In this document: piece after piece, positions 37,372-46,998 of the stretch
Layout: each line of letters opens with the position of its first letter
Numbering within the stretch: position 1 is the first letter of the stretch
Assembly: GCA_964495205.1 (NCBI GenBank)
Contig: CAZBUZ010000001.1
Location: 1 to 52,528 of the forward strand
Reading direction: 5' to 3'
DNA length: 52,528 nt
From: an uncultured Pseudomonadota bacterium
Lineage (GTDB): Bacteria; Babelota; Babeliae; Babelales; RVW-14
Made by a program: the position numbers and the translations under genes
The notes under the pieces: model-generated
Databases searched by the model: none
Seen by the model: the letters and a program-made list of their open reading frames with translations, nothing else
Told to the model about the DNA's origin: nothing

Positions 37372-38181
37372 ATGAGTACAACAAGATTTGACGGGCGAAT
37401 TTGTAACCAAATTCGCCCCATTAAATTTTCTTTTGATACGTTTGGGTATGCGCAATCATCAGTTTTTTTTGAGCTTGGCAATACAAAAGTATTAACGTCT
37501 ATTACCTTGCAGCATAATGTTCCTCCCTTTTTAAAAGGTCAGCGAGTTGGATGGTTAAGCGCTGAATATGCGATGATTCCTTGCGCCACGCAACAACGTA
37601 CTACACGAGAGTCTTCGCAGGTTTACCGCAATTCGCGTAACGTTGAAATTTCTCGACTCATTGGCCGTTGCTTGAGAACATGCATAAACTTTGAATGTCT
37701 TGGTGAGCGCACGATTTTGATCGATTGTGATGTTCTGCAAGCTGATGGTAGCACGCGTGTTGCCGCTATAACAGCAGCAAGTCTTGCGCTTGAGTTGGCC
37801 GTTATGCGTTGGGCTCAAAATAATATCGTCTCAGGAGGTATTTTTAAGCATTCTATTGCAGCTGTTTCTGTTGGGATGATCAATGGTGTTGCGCATTTAG
37901 ATTTGTGTTATGAAGAAGACAGTAAGGCTGATGCAGATTTCAATGTGATCATGACAAAAAATGGAGATATTGTAGAAATTCAGGGTACTGCCGAAAAGAA
38001 AGCGGTTAGTTGGAAAGAGTTTGAAGAACTTAAAAGCTTAGCTCAAAAAGGGATAGCTGAAATTTTTTCATATACACAGCACAAATTTGATGATATTGCG
38101 ATTTCACCGTCGGATTTTGCAAAAAAGCCTCAGCAGAAGGCTTCTCTTTTTAGTCTTGGTAATCGATTTCAAAAGGCATAG
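37372..38181 (+). CDS. rph: ribonuclease PH with about 30-aa C-terminal extension
   Basis: 269 aa with RFDGR ... IRPI, the TRESS region and CDVLQADGSTRVAAITAASLAL. Confidence 0.88.
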   Translation: MSTTRFDGRICNQIRPIKFSFDTFGYAQSSVFFELGNTKVLTSITLQHNVPPFLKGQRVGWLSAEYAMIPCATQQRTTRESSQVYRNSRNVEISRLIGRCLRTCINFECLGERTILIDCDVLQADGSTRVAAITAASLALELAVMRWAQNNIVSGGIFKHSIAAVSVGMINGVAHLDLCYEEDSKADADFNVIMTKNGDIVEIQGTAEKKAVSWKEFEELKSLAQKGIAEIFSYTQHKFDDIAISPSDFAKKPQQKASLFSLGNRFQKA

Positions 38182-38192
38182 TAACAATTTTT

Positions 38193-38735
38193 ATGTTTGT
38201 CCGTTTATGGTTTTCTCTATTTTTTAGTTCTTTTTTGGTTCTTTATCTGGTATTTGTTTCGTCTTGTGGTATTAAGCGTAACCTTACGTTTGATTGTTCT
38301 GCTAAGAATGCTGAGATTCCTCTTTTTCTTGAGTTTCCTCAAAATGATCTTGTTTTTGAGAATGTAGCACCACTTATTTACGATGTTTTTATGGGACACT
38401 TTGAGCGTATTGGATATAATCTTGTGGTTAAATCAACAAATGGTTATACCTTGCGTGTTATTATAAGAAGCCTGGACCCTATCTATAAGTACGTATCGCC
38501 AGATGTTGTTCTTTTTCATGCTACCATTAAACTAGAGCTCCTTGTCCAGTTGCTTAATTTTAAAAAAGATATGATTGCGCAAAAAACCTTTCTTTTTACT
38601 TCCTTGATTTCTAAACCGCAAAATCCTATCCTAAAAAGTGATTTTCTTGATTTCGAATATACACGCTTGTTAAAAAAAGCAGCACCTAAGGTTGAGCAAT
38701 TTTTCCGACCATTTTTGCTAAAAGATAGAGATTGA
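38193..38735 (+). CDS. lipoprotein, possibly LptE-like (LPS assembly)
   Basis: 180 aa with signal peptide and lipobox (LVFVSSCG). Its size and its position directly upstream of a HolA-like gene mirror the lptE-holA pair of proteobacteria. I recognised no motif-level match. Confidence 0.3.
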   Translation: MFVRLWFSLFFSSFLVLYLVFVSSCGIKRNLTFDCSAKNAEIPLFLEFPQNDLVFENVAPLIYDVFMGHFERIGYNLVVKSTNGYTLRVIIRSLDPIYKYVSPDVVLFHATIKLELLVQLLNFKKDMIAQKTFLFTSLISKPQNPILKSDFLDFEYTRLLKKAAPKVEQFFRPFLLKDRD

Positions 38736-38738
38736 GCT

Positions 38739-39734
38739 ATGAATTTCAATTTATTTTTGCAGGAAGCATCAAAACCGGATTTTTTGGCTCAATCACCGAA
38801 TATTTGTTTTCGTTCTGATGACTTTAGCCCGCTTTTTTTTAATCATCTTTTGACAAACTTGGAAAAGAATGGGTATTTTCCTTATCCAAAATTACGACTT
38901 GATCTCACTGCTTATGACCAAAAGGCATTGTTGGCGGCGCTCAATCAAAGCATTTTAGGGAGTAATTCTGTTTTTTGGTTAAGTAATATTGCAGCTGAAG
39001 GCATTGTCAAAGGAAAACAAAATATTATAACCTATCTTTTTTCTTATCAAGGCCCTCATCATATCATGTATTTTTTACCCAAAGATGTAAAATTAACACC
39101 TGGAGAGAAAGTCGTGATAATTGATGTGCCCTATCAGGTTGATTTTGCAACTGCTGAGACCATTCTTTCGTTTTTTTATCAGAAGAATCAACGTAAAAAA
39201 TGTGATGCGTTGAAGAGAATTTTTAAGCAAACTAAAACATTGCCACTTGATACGCTTTGTATGCTTGTGCATTATACAGAGCTTATGAATAGTAAAAATG
39301 GTAATGAACTTGATAGTTATTTGGCCAATATAACACAAACTCAACCATCGTTGAGCCTACTTTCTGAGTCCTTTTTTTCAAACAATGCTGCCGATTTTTT
39401 TGCCGTTTGGTCCGAGGTAGAAAGAACTTATCCCGATATGTTTTGGCTTGCCTTTTGGTCTGAACAATTTTGGAAAGCGTATCATGTTGTTTCATTTCTC
39501 AAAAAACAAGATTTTATTAATGCAAAGCGCATGAGTTTTCGTTTGCCGTATTCTTTTATTAATATCCACTGGAAGAAGTTTTCGCAGCAAGAGTTAAGCA
39601 ATTTTTACCAAGATATGTATCTTATTGATGCAAAAATTAAACGTGGTTGTTCAAGTAATGCAGCAATGAGTTTCTTTTTTTGTTCTTATTTTTTTAAAAA
39701 ATCGCAACGTAATAGCCAGACAAATGTCATTTAA
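38739..39734 (+). CDS. possible DNA polymerase III delta subunit (HolA-like)
   Basis: 331 aa. The call rests on its length, a loose resemblance to the HolA domain layout (SLSLLSESFFSNNAADFFAVW region) and its position after an LptE-like lipoprotein. The assignment is weak. Confidence 0.35.
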   Translation: MNFNLFLQEASKPDFLAQSPNICFRSDDFSPLFFNHLLTNLEKNGYFPYPKLRLDLTAYDQKALLAALNQSILGSNSVFWLSNIAAEGIVKGKQNIITYLFSYQGPHHIMYFLPKDVKLTPGEKVVIIDVPYQVDFATAETILSFFYQKNQRKKCDALKRIFKQTKTLPLDTLCMLVHYTELMNSKNGNELDSYLANITQTQPSLSLLSESFFSNNAADFFAVWSEVERTYPDMFWLAFWSEQFWKAYHVVSFLKKQDFINAKRMSFRLPYSFINIHWKKFSQQELSNFYQDMYLIDAKIKRGCSSNAAMSFFFCSYFFKKSQRNSQTNVI

Positions 39735-39754
39735 TACGAAGAAGGGTCTTCAAG

Positions 39755-40096
39755 ATGTCGCTTTCACTCTATGACTTTTTAAAAAAAGATGTTAAGAAAA
39801 TGATTCAAGGAATAGGATCGAACAACGCCGGAAATATTTACCCGCTCATCATAGAGGAAGTGGAACGCAGTGTTATCGACATCGTTTTACGCGAGACAAA
39901 TTTTAATTTGGTGCAGACAACTAAACTTTTAGGTATTAGTCGTTGTACCCTTTATCGTCGTGTTAAAAAGCTTGGTATTTCAACGGATAGCCCAAGCATA
40001 CAGCAACAAGATCAAAAATCCTCTGTAAGTAATCAAGCTGAAAGCTCTACTGTTTTGCCTTCTAAGACAGATATGTCACTTGAAAGTGTTCTTTAG
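39755..40096 (+). CDS. Fis-family HTH DNA-binding protein with Ser/Gln-rich tail
   Basis: 113 aa. LIIEEVERSVIDIVLRETNFNLVQTTKLLGISRCTLYRRVKKLGI aligns by eye with the E. coli Fis C-terminal half. Confidence 0.7.
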   Translation: MSLSLYDFLKKDVKKMIQGIGSNNAGNIYPLIIEEVERSVIDIVLRETNFNLVQTTKLLGISRCTLYRRVKKLGISTDSPSIQQQDQKSSVSNQAESSTVLPSKTDMSLESVL

Positions 40097-40110
40097 TTTT
40101 CAAATAAAAA

Positions 40111-40139
40111 AAGAGCGGTGTTTATCCAACACCGCTCTT
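40111..40139. terminator. bidirectional hairpin terminator between the fis-like gene and mreB
   Basis: A perfect 12-bp stem, AAGAGCGGTGTT / AACACCGCTCTT, with a 5-nt loop. An A-run lies on the left flank. Confidence 0.65.
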
Positions 40140-40143
40140 CGTA

Positions 40144-41181
40144 TTACTTCATCAATGCTTCTTTATAGGTATCAAATTCATCAAGAACTTTTCCTGCGCC
40201 AAGAACAACACACAAAAGTGGATCTTCTGCTATTTTAACCGGAAGCCCCGTTTCTTTTGAGATGAGGATTCCTAAATTTCGCAACAAAGAACTGCCACCA
40301 GCTAGCATGATTCCACGATCTACAAGATCGGATGATAATTCTGGCGGTGCATTCTCAAGGGCCGAACGAACGGCATCAATAATTACCGAAATCGGTTCTG
40401 TTAGCGCTTCAAAAACCTCAGCATCACCAAGCGCAATGGTTTTGGGAACGCCTGATAAAAGATCTCGTCCCTTAACTTCAACTTGGCGAGGGTCATCCGT
40501 TAACATTGCTGTGCCGATGTTAATTTTTATTTCTTCTGCTGTTTTTTCACCTATGAGAAGATTGTATTTTCTTTTGACGTATTGAACAATGGCGCGGTCC
40601 ATTTCGTCGCCGCCAACACGGACGGATTTACAAAAGACGATATCTTTGAGGGAGATGATAGCAACCTCTGTTGTTCCTCCGCCAATATCAACGATCATGT
40701 TTCCTGTCGGCTCTGCAACAGGAAGTCCTGCACCGATAGCCGCTGCCATTGGTTCCATGATGGTGTAAATTTCACGAGCGCCTGCCTGTTTTGCAGAATC
40801 TTCAACTGCTCGCTTTTCTACTTGGGTAATACCGGATGGAACGCCAATGATCATACGTGGACGAACAAGTGCTCGACGATTGTTGTGAACGTCGCGAATG
40901 AAATAACGGAGCATACTTTCTGTGAGTTCAAAATTGGCAATGACGCCATCTCTCATTGGACGACTTGCAATGATACTTTCTGGTGTTTTACCAAGCATCA
41001 TTTTTGCCTTGTCGCCTGCCGCTAATACTTCGCTCGAGGAAGATTTAACCGCAACAACAGATGGTTGATTGAGAACAACCCCGCGATTTTTTACATAAAT
41101 AACCGTGTTGGCCGTCCCGAGGTCAATCGCCATGTCATTAGAAAAAAAACTAAACAGCTTCGTTGCTGGCCAAAATTTCAT
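40144..41181 (-). CDS. mreB: rod-shape-determining actin homologue MreB
   Basis: 345 aa with DLGTANT, DIGGGTTEVA and GGSSLLRNL motifs. Confidence 0.95.
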   Translation of the reverse strand: MKFWPATKLFSFFSNDMAIDLGTANTVIYVKNRGVVLNQPSVVAVKSSSSEVLAAGDKAKMMLGKTPESIIASRPMRDGVIANFELTESMLRYFIRDVHNNRRALVRPRMIIGVPSGITQVEKRAVEDSAKQAGAREIYTIMEPMAAAIGAGLPVAEPTGNMIVDIGGGTTEVAIISLKDIVFCKSVRVGGDEMDRAIVQYVKRKYNLLIGEKTAEEIKINIGTAMLTDDPRQVEVKGRDLLSGVPKTIALGDAEVFEALTEPISVIIDAVRSALENAPPELSSDLVDRGIMLAGGSSLLRNLGILISKETGLPVKIAEDPLLCVVLGAGKVLDEFDTYKEALMK

Positions 41182-41199
41182 GTGGTTTTACCTCATTTA

Positions 41200-42549
41200 T
41201 TAAAAATGTAGCTGCGCACCAAGCGAAAGTTGATGCGTTTTAGCAATGTTACTGCCGCTTATTGGCAAGTCATATGTCACATAAAGCAATGGGTTCATAC
41301 CCCACTTTTGAAGGGCTTGTTTTGCATCATACATGAGGTGAAATGAAAAGAAATGTGAACGCCACTTTGAGAGAACTTCTCGATTTCTAATGTTTTGTGT
41401 TATTTGTTCGGGAGTCAGTCCGGCAGCCGAGTTAGCGTGGTCCAGGTAGCTCGGTGTTGTTTTATCAGCTCGCTTGTCATACCACTTGTCTATGCCGTGC
41501 CGTAAGTAAGTATAGCGCATTTGGAAATGAACACCATCTGTCAGGTTTTCAAGTGTGAAATAGGGAGAGATTTTAGCGGTGATACCAGGTTGAACCTCAA
41601 CGCGTCCTGTAAGGGCACTATAAACAACAGGCTCATTGCCTACGGGTATGCGTCGATCTGTTGTATCTTTAAATTGGTAAAGCCCGCCAACCATAAAGCC
41701 AAGCTTCCAGTCCTGCTTAAGTTCGAATTCTGGAACGACATCAAAGTAAGCGCCCCAATGCCCATTACCCATAGCTGGGATAGAAAGTGGCTCATTATTT
41801 TTTATAGTCATACCTGTTGGAAGGATGAGTCCCACTTGGATATAGGAATCTACGCTTCTCATGAGCAACTGATGGTCCATAAAGTAATTCCAGCGCAGGT
41901 GAAGATCAATATCGCCAAAACCTGAGCCATCCCATGTGTTGCCAATGAATCCAAGCTTATCGTGTGTTGTGCGACGAACCTTGTCAATCAAGTGTCCTTC
42001 GGCGTTTAGTTCTCCTGTCTGTGCATCGATTAATGATCGGCCGACGCCATCAATGCCATTATTGTTATTAAGTTCAAGATGAAAGCGTCCTAACGACGAT
42101 ACATGCATAACAGGTACCCAGGCGCCGATTGAAAAACCATTCCATTTTAAGTCTTGTTCATACCCAAGTGCTAAGCCCTGAGCGTGCATATTGCTATGTG
42201 TTTTGAATTTAATTGATTTATCTCTAAGATCTGCCGCAAGCATGTTGCGAATTTGATTTGCTACAGCGGCACCTTGAATAGCTTCCAGACTGGTTAAGAC
42301 ATCTTTGAGGTCGTATCTTCCCCACAATTCTGGGATGCCAAAGTTGCCGCCACCACGTTTATGTGCTGTAGATGCTTTGAGGTAAAAAAACTCTGGTGCA
42401 ATGTGAGAGTGTTTTTTAATAACAATTTCTTCTGGTTTTTCTAAAAACGGAAAATAGCGAGTTCCATTGTGGTGGGCTTTGAGCCCAAATGTTACGCTTG
42501 AGGCGAGCCCCAGAAAAAAAGCAGCTCGTAAAGATTGCTTTAGTATCAT
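41200..42549 (-). CDS. outer-membrane beta-barrel protein (unknown family)
   Basis: It has a signal peptide (MILKQSLRAAFFLGLASSVTFGLKA), alternating amphipathic strands and a C-terminal aromatic residue (LSLGAQLHF). The track ORF extends to a GTG at 42582. Confidence 0.6.
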   Translation of the reverse strand: MILKQSLRAAFFLGLASSVTFGLKAHHNGTRYFPFLEKPEEIVIKKHSHIAPEFFYLKASTAHKRGGGNFGIPELWGRYDLKDVLTSLEAIQGAAVANQIRNMLAADLRDKSIKFKTHSNMHAQGLALGYEQDLKWNGFSIGAWVPVMHVSSLGRFHLELNNNNGIDGVGRSLIDAQTGELNAEGHLIDKVRRTTHDKLGFIGNTWDGSGFGDIDLHLRWNYFMDHQLLMRSVDSYIQVGLILPTGMTIKNNEPLSIPAMGNGHWGAYFDVVPEFELKQDWKLGFMVGGLYQFKDTTDRRIPVGNEPVVYSALTGRVEVQPGITAKISPYFTLENLTDGVHFQMRYTYLRHGIDKWYDKRADKTTPSYLDHANSAAGLTPEQITQNIRNREVLSKWRSHFFSFHLMYDAKQALQKWGMNPLLYVTYDLPISGSNIAKTHQLSLGAQLHF

Positions 42550-42741
42550 TTGTGCTTGTCCAATCGGTTTATAAAAAAACACTTAAAACATATCAATTTC
42601 TGCAAGTCTTGAGCTTACGTCAAATTAGAGTTTAGTCAAGAAAGAGTCGCATTTTTCGAGCTGTTAAAAAAAATTAAATTACGCTACATTGATCATTGAT
42701 GAGTTAGGATTTTGTTAACCCGCACAAGCGAGAGTGGTTCT

Positions 42742-43518
42742 ATGAAGAAACAGATGACTGTTATTGCGAATTGGAAGATGTATCTTGGTTTTAATGCAAC
42801 AATAACAAGGATAACTGAAAATTTTGATGGACTGGTAGCTTTGACGAAGAATAAAGATTGTGCTGTATATTTAGCGCCAACGCTTCCTGCAATTGCCGAA
42901 CTTGCTAGAATTTTTAAGGAAACCAATGTGCTTTGGTGTGCCCAAGATTGTTCTGAACACATAGCCGGAGCTTATACGGGGCAGGTTTCAGCCGAAACGC
43001 TTAAAGACATGGGTTGTCGCGCATGTATTATTGGTCATAGTGAGCGTAGAAAATATAATGCTGAAACAAGCGATCTTGTTGCGAATAAGCTTCAGGTGCT
43101 TTTAGATTACGACGTGTCGCCCGTTGTTTGCATTGGCGAACACGAGGAGGATTATAGAAAAAAACAAACCATTGATGTTCTTGAGCAACAACTTGTGCCT
43201 GTGATGCGTGTGTTGGAAAAGAGCCAGCAAAAAATTAATGGGCTTAGGGTGTACATAGCATATGAGCCAGTTTGGGCTATTGGTACAGGAGTTGCTGCGG
43301 ATAGTGAACATCTTATCAACGTTTACACGTGGTTGTGTCACCACATTCAGAAGCATGCTCCTATGATAAATGTGCATCTTTTATATGGTGGCAGCGTGAA
43401 TCTTTTGAATGTCGATGCTTTGAAGAAAGTTGAGCAGGTCCAAGGCTTTTTGATTGGAAAATCAAGTTTAGACTTCCAAGAATTTGAAAAAATCGTAAAA
43501 TGTATTATGGTAGAGTAA
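42742..43518 (+). CDS. tpiA: triosephosphate isomerase
   Basis: ANWKMY, IGHSERR and YEPVWAIGTG motifs. The ATG at 42742 is preferred over the TTG at 42712. Confidence 0.93.
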   Translation: MKKQMTVIANWKMYLGFNATITRITENFDGLVALTKNKDCAVYLAPTLPAIAELARIFKETNVLWCAQDCSEHIAGAYTGQVSAETLKDMGCRACIIGHSERRKYNAETSDLVANKLQVLLDYDVSPVVCIGEHEEDYRKKQTIDVLEQQLVPVMRVLEKSQQKINGLRVYIAYEPVWAIGTGVAADSEHLINVYTWLCHHIQKHAPMINVHLLYGGSVNLLNVDALKKVEQVQGFLIGKSSLDFQEFEKIVKCIMVE

Positions 43519-43573
43519 TGGTACATAAATAATTAGGCGATTTGAGTGCCTTTTGAAATTTGAAAGAGGAAAG

Positions 43574-43945
43574 ATGGTAACATTTTTAATGGTTCTTTTT
43601 GTTGTTTTTGCATTGTTTTTAGCCCTGTTTATCCTTATCCAGCCTGGAAAAGGAGATATGGGTTTGGGCGGCATGGGTAACCAGATGCTTTTTGGTGGCT
43701 CAGGTGGTCAAGGTTTTTTTCAAAAAACAACGTGGGTAATGGTTGCCATTTTTATGTTGGGTGCTCTTGGACTTGCTATCCTTAAGTCACGTGAAACAAA
43801 ATCTTCTATGCTTGCAGGCTTTAAAATTGAAAAACCCGCCCCTGTTCCGCAAGCGCCGATAACTAAGCAAGCTGCTTTGCCAGTTCAATCTGACGCAGGT
43901 ACATTACCTGAACAAGAAGGAAAAGCATCCGAGCCCGCTGCGTAA
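43574..43945 (+). CDS. secG: preprotein translocase subunit SecG with Pro/Ala-rich C-terminal extension
   Basis: LFILIQPGKGDMGLGG motif and two TM segments, in conserved tpiA-secG synteny. AGAGGA lies upstream of the ATG at 43574. Confidence 0.85.
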   Translation: MVTFLMVLFVVFALFLALFILIQPGKGDMGLGGMGNQMLFGGSGGQGFFQKTTWVMVAIFMLGALGLAILKSRETKSSMLAGFKIEKPAPVPQAPITKQAALPVQSDAGTLPEQEGKASEPAA

Positions 43946-43997
43946 TTTTAAGAGTAATCGGCTCCTTCGCATGGGGGGCTAACGCAAAGGCGTCAAT

Positions 43998-44777
43998 GTG
44001 CTATCTCGTGTACTTGAATCCATAGGGAAAATTGCTATTAAGCAATGCAATTATCTTGGCGAATTTGGGCTTTTCGTGGTTGATGCCATGACGACTTTTT
44101 TATCTACGCGATTGCGTGTAAAAAAGTTGTTTTATCATATGAATTATATCGGTGTGAGTTCTGTAGGCGTTGTTTTTCTGGTTGGATCAACCGTGGGAGC
44201 TGCGCTTGCTCTACAGAGTTACATAGGGCTTGAGCGTTTTGGAGCAACACAATTTATAGGCCCTATAGTATTTCTTGCCATGGCAAGAGAGTTTGGTCCT
44301 GTATTTGCAGCAATTATGGTAATTGGTCGCGCTGGTTCGGCGATTACTGCTGAGATAGGTACTATGCGCATAACAGAGCAGATTGATGCGTTGCAAACCC
44401 TCTGTATCAATGTTAATCAGTATCTTATTGTTCCACGTATTGTTGCGGGCGTCATTATTCTTCCTTTTCTTGCTATGTTCTGCACTTTGTTTGGAACTAT
44501 GGCCGGCTATTATACGGCCGTTCATGTTCTAGGTGTTAACCCAGAAATCTACATGCGAGCAATTATCGAAAATGTGCAGCTCTCAGATCTTACCAGTGGA
44601 TTGATAAAAGCGATTATTTTTGGTTTTTTGGTAACGATTATTAGCACCTATAAGGGTTTTGTTACGCGTGGAGGTGCTAAAGGAGTTGGTATTTCGATTA
44701 CTAAAAGTGTTGTTTATTCTATATTAACTGTTGTTGTGGCTGATTATATTTTAACGTCACTGTTGTTTACGCGATGA
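43998..44777 (+). CDS. mlaE: MlaE/YrbE-family ABC transporter permease
   Basis: 259 aa, multi-TM, with the EIGTMRITEQIDAL motif characteristic of MlaE/TGD1-type permeases. It uses a GTG start. Confidence 0.85.
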   Translation: MLSRVLESIGKIAIKQCNYLGEFGLFVVDAMTTFLSTRLRVKKLFYHMNYIGVSSVGVVFLVGSTVGAALALQSYIGLERFGATQFIGPIVFLAMAREFGPVFAAIMVIGRAGSAITAEIGTMRITEQIDALQTLCINVNQYLIVPRIVAGVIILPFLAMFCTLFGTMAGYYTAVHVLGVNPEIYMRAIIENVQLSDLTSGLIKAIIFGFLVTIISTYKGFVTRGGAKGVGISITKSVVYSILTVVVADYILTSLLFTR

Positions 44778-45535
44778 TAGAGATACATAATTTAAGAAAA
44801 TCATTTGGCGATCATGTAGTAACAAACGATCTAAGCCTCACGATAAATGATGGTGAGCTTCTTGCTGTTATTGGTAGATCGGGTGAGGGTAAGTCCGTTT
44901 TTCTCAAGCAAATTATAGGTCTTATTAAACCTGATTCTGGGGATATCATTATCGATGGGCAAGATATAATCAAGCTTGATGCCGAACAAAAACAAAACGT
45001 TTTTAAAAAATGTGGCTATGTTTTTCAGTTTGCAGCACTTCTTGATTCGCTAACCGTTTTAGAAAATGTTGGGATAACGCTTTTTGAAGAGGGGGCATCT
45101 AAAGAGGAAGTCCAGCCCTTAGTGTTGAAAAAGCTTAATAGCGTTGGATTAAAGGCTGATGTGCTTGATAAATACCCGGATGAATTATCTGGTGGTATGA
45201 AAAAACGCGTGGGTCTTGCGCGGACCTTGATGCAAAGCCCAAAAATTCTCATTTATGATGAACCGACAACGGGTCTTGATCCTATAACGGTACGTATTAT
45301 TCATGAACTCATAAAAAAAACACATGAAGAACAAAAGGCAACATCCATTGTTATCTCGCATGATGTTGAAATTTTTAAATACGCGACACACGTTGCCATG
45401 CTTTATGAGGGTAAAATTATTTACAAAGGACCTGCAAGTACGATTTGGGAATGTGATAACCCCTATGTGTACCAATTTATACGAGGCTTGGAGAAAGGAC
45501 CGATTCAACCGGTAGGTATTGTTAATCAATCATAA
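44774..45535 (+). CDS. mlaF: MlaF-type ABC transporter ATP-binding protein
   Basis: 253 aa with Walker A GRSGEGKS, signature LSGGMKKRV and Walker B ILIYDEPT. Its start overlaps the mlaE stop (ATGA). Confidence 0.88.
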   Translation: MIEIHNLRKSFGDHVVTNDLSLTINDGELLAVIGRSGEGKSVFLKQIIGLIKPDSGDIIIDGQDIIKLDAEQKQNVFKKCGYVFQFAALLDSLTVLENVGITLFEEGASKEEVQPLVLKKLNSVGLKADVLDKYPDELSGGMKKRVGLARTLMQSPKILIYDEPTTGLDPITVRIIHELIKKTHEEQKATSIVISHDVEIFKYATHVAMLYEGKIIYKGPASTIWECDNPYVYQFIRGLEKGPIQPVGIVNQS

Positions 45536-45547
45536 GGAACATGTGCT

Positions 45548-46852
45548 ATGAATACTCAACCACTTTTACTCATTGTTGATGATGAGCCAGCTATTTTGCA
45601 GATGCTCAAAGAATCATTGGAAGATGAACAATATCGTGTAAAAACGCTTTCGGATGGTAATAAGGCGCTTGAGGCGATTGGTAACCTTGTTCCCGATTTG
45701 GTTTTGCTTGATGTATTTATGCCTAATTGCAATGGCTTAGATATTTTGGCTCGAATTACAAAAGAGTATCCTCAGCAAAAAGTTATTATTATTTCTGGTT
45801 TTGGAAGTATTCCCATTGCGCTTACCGCTATGAAGCGAGGTGCGATTGATTTTATAGAAAAGCCATTGAATCTTGATGATGTTTTATCAAAAATTAGTCT
45901 TACAAGAAAAACATCAGGCCGTATGCCAGAAGAACAGGTTACGTCGACAACAATCGATGGTCTTGCTCAGTTGGGCATTATTGGTGAAAGTTCTCTTTTT
46001 TTGGAATGTGTTCATCATGTGCAACATTTAGCACATTTGCGGCATCCCTTGCTTATTTATGGGCAACACGGTACCGGGAAGAGCCTTATGGCTTGGTATG
46101 CTCATCATGTTGCAAGAAAAGATACCTGTTCTTTTATTACCATCGATTGTTCGTCCAAGCTGGATAGTTTTTTTGATAAGCTTTGCGGCAGCATTAATGG
46201 AACGCTGTTTTTTAAAAACATCAATGACCTTTCAGTGGAACGCCAGAAGGAATTGTTGCGATTTTTAAATAGCGCTGCATACAAAGAACGCAATGCTCGG
46301 GGCCTTGTAAAAATTATTGCAAGTTCGTATCAATCTTTATTTAAACTTTCTCTTGATCATGCGTTTGATCATTCACTTTTACACAAACTAAATCTTACTC
46401 CTATCGAACTTATACCCCTTAATAAACGACGTTATGATATTCCATTGCTTAGTGACTATTTTTTGAACCTTTCAAATGCGAAGCATAAAAAAAGGGTGAC
46501 ATTTTCAACGAAAGCCATTCGTTTTCTGAGAAATCATAATTGGGTAGGAAACATTACAGAGTTGAAGGTGTTTATTGAGACCTTGGTCGCTTGCACGAAA
46601 GACATAGACCTCTGCGTTGACACGACAGATATGTGTCGGTTGTCTCATGAAAAAAACACACATTTTATTGAAGAACAATCTTTTTTACATTTTAATTCAT
46701 TGCAAGAGGCAGCTGAAACTTTTGAGCGGCATTTTCTTACCTATACGATGAAAAAAAGTCATTTTAATATGGAAACAGTTTCGGATAAACTTAAAATCTC
46801 TCTTGATGATCTGCAGAACAAAATATCCAAACATAATATTTGTTTTAAATGA
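45548..46852 (+). CDS. NtrC-family response regulator (REC + degenerate AAA+ + Fis-type HTH) lacking GAFTGA and Walker B
   Basis: 434 aa. The REC domain looks intact (DD at 11-12, D55, K105). Walker A is GQHGTGKS, the WVGNITELK segment corresponds to WPGNVRELE, and the C-terminus has an HTH. The segment that normally carries ELFGHEKGAFTGA is missing, and the DE of Walker B is replaced (TLFFKNIND). Confidence 0.7.
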   Translation: MNTQPLLLIVDDEPAILQMLKESLEDEQYRVKTLSDGNKALEAIGNLVPDLVLLDVFMPNCNGLDILARITKEYPQQKVIIISGFGSIPIALTAMKRGAIDFIEKPLNLDDVLSKISLTRKTSGRMPEEQVTSTTIDGLAQLGIIGESSLFLECVHHVQHLAHLRHPLLIYGQHGTGKSLMAWYAHHVARKDTCSFITIDCSSKLDSFFDKLCGSINGTLFFKNINDLSVERQKELLRFLNSAAYKERNARGLVKIIASSYQSLFKLSLDHAFDHSLLHKLNLTPIELIPLNKRRYDIPLLSDYFLNLSNAKHKKRVTFSTKAIRFLRNHNWVGNITELKVFIETLVACTKDIDLCVDTTDMCRLSHEKNTHFIEEQSFLHFNSLQEAAETFERHFLTYTMKKSHFNMETVSDKLKISLDDLQNKISKHNICFK

Positions 46853-46998
46853 ATCCTTTTTAGGCTAAGTTCAGAATTTACATCTCAATCGAGATGCGTT
46901 ACATTTATGAATAATTGCTTGTATTTTTAAGCCTAATGAGGCAATGTAGGTGTACTGTTTATCATCATTAACAACATCATTTGATACGGGGAGCAAGG

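Noticed and set aside
46853-46998. Nested inverted repeats (TTAGGCT...AGCCTAA and CATCTC-AATC-GAGATG) between the regulator and moxR, considered as a terminator or riboswitch
   Set aside because: The stems are short (6-7 bp) and AT-rich, the outer arms are about 60 nt apart, and no T-tract follows. The evidence is not enough to call a feature.
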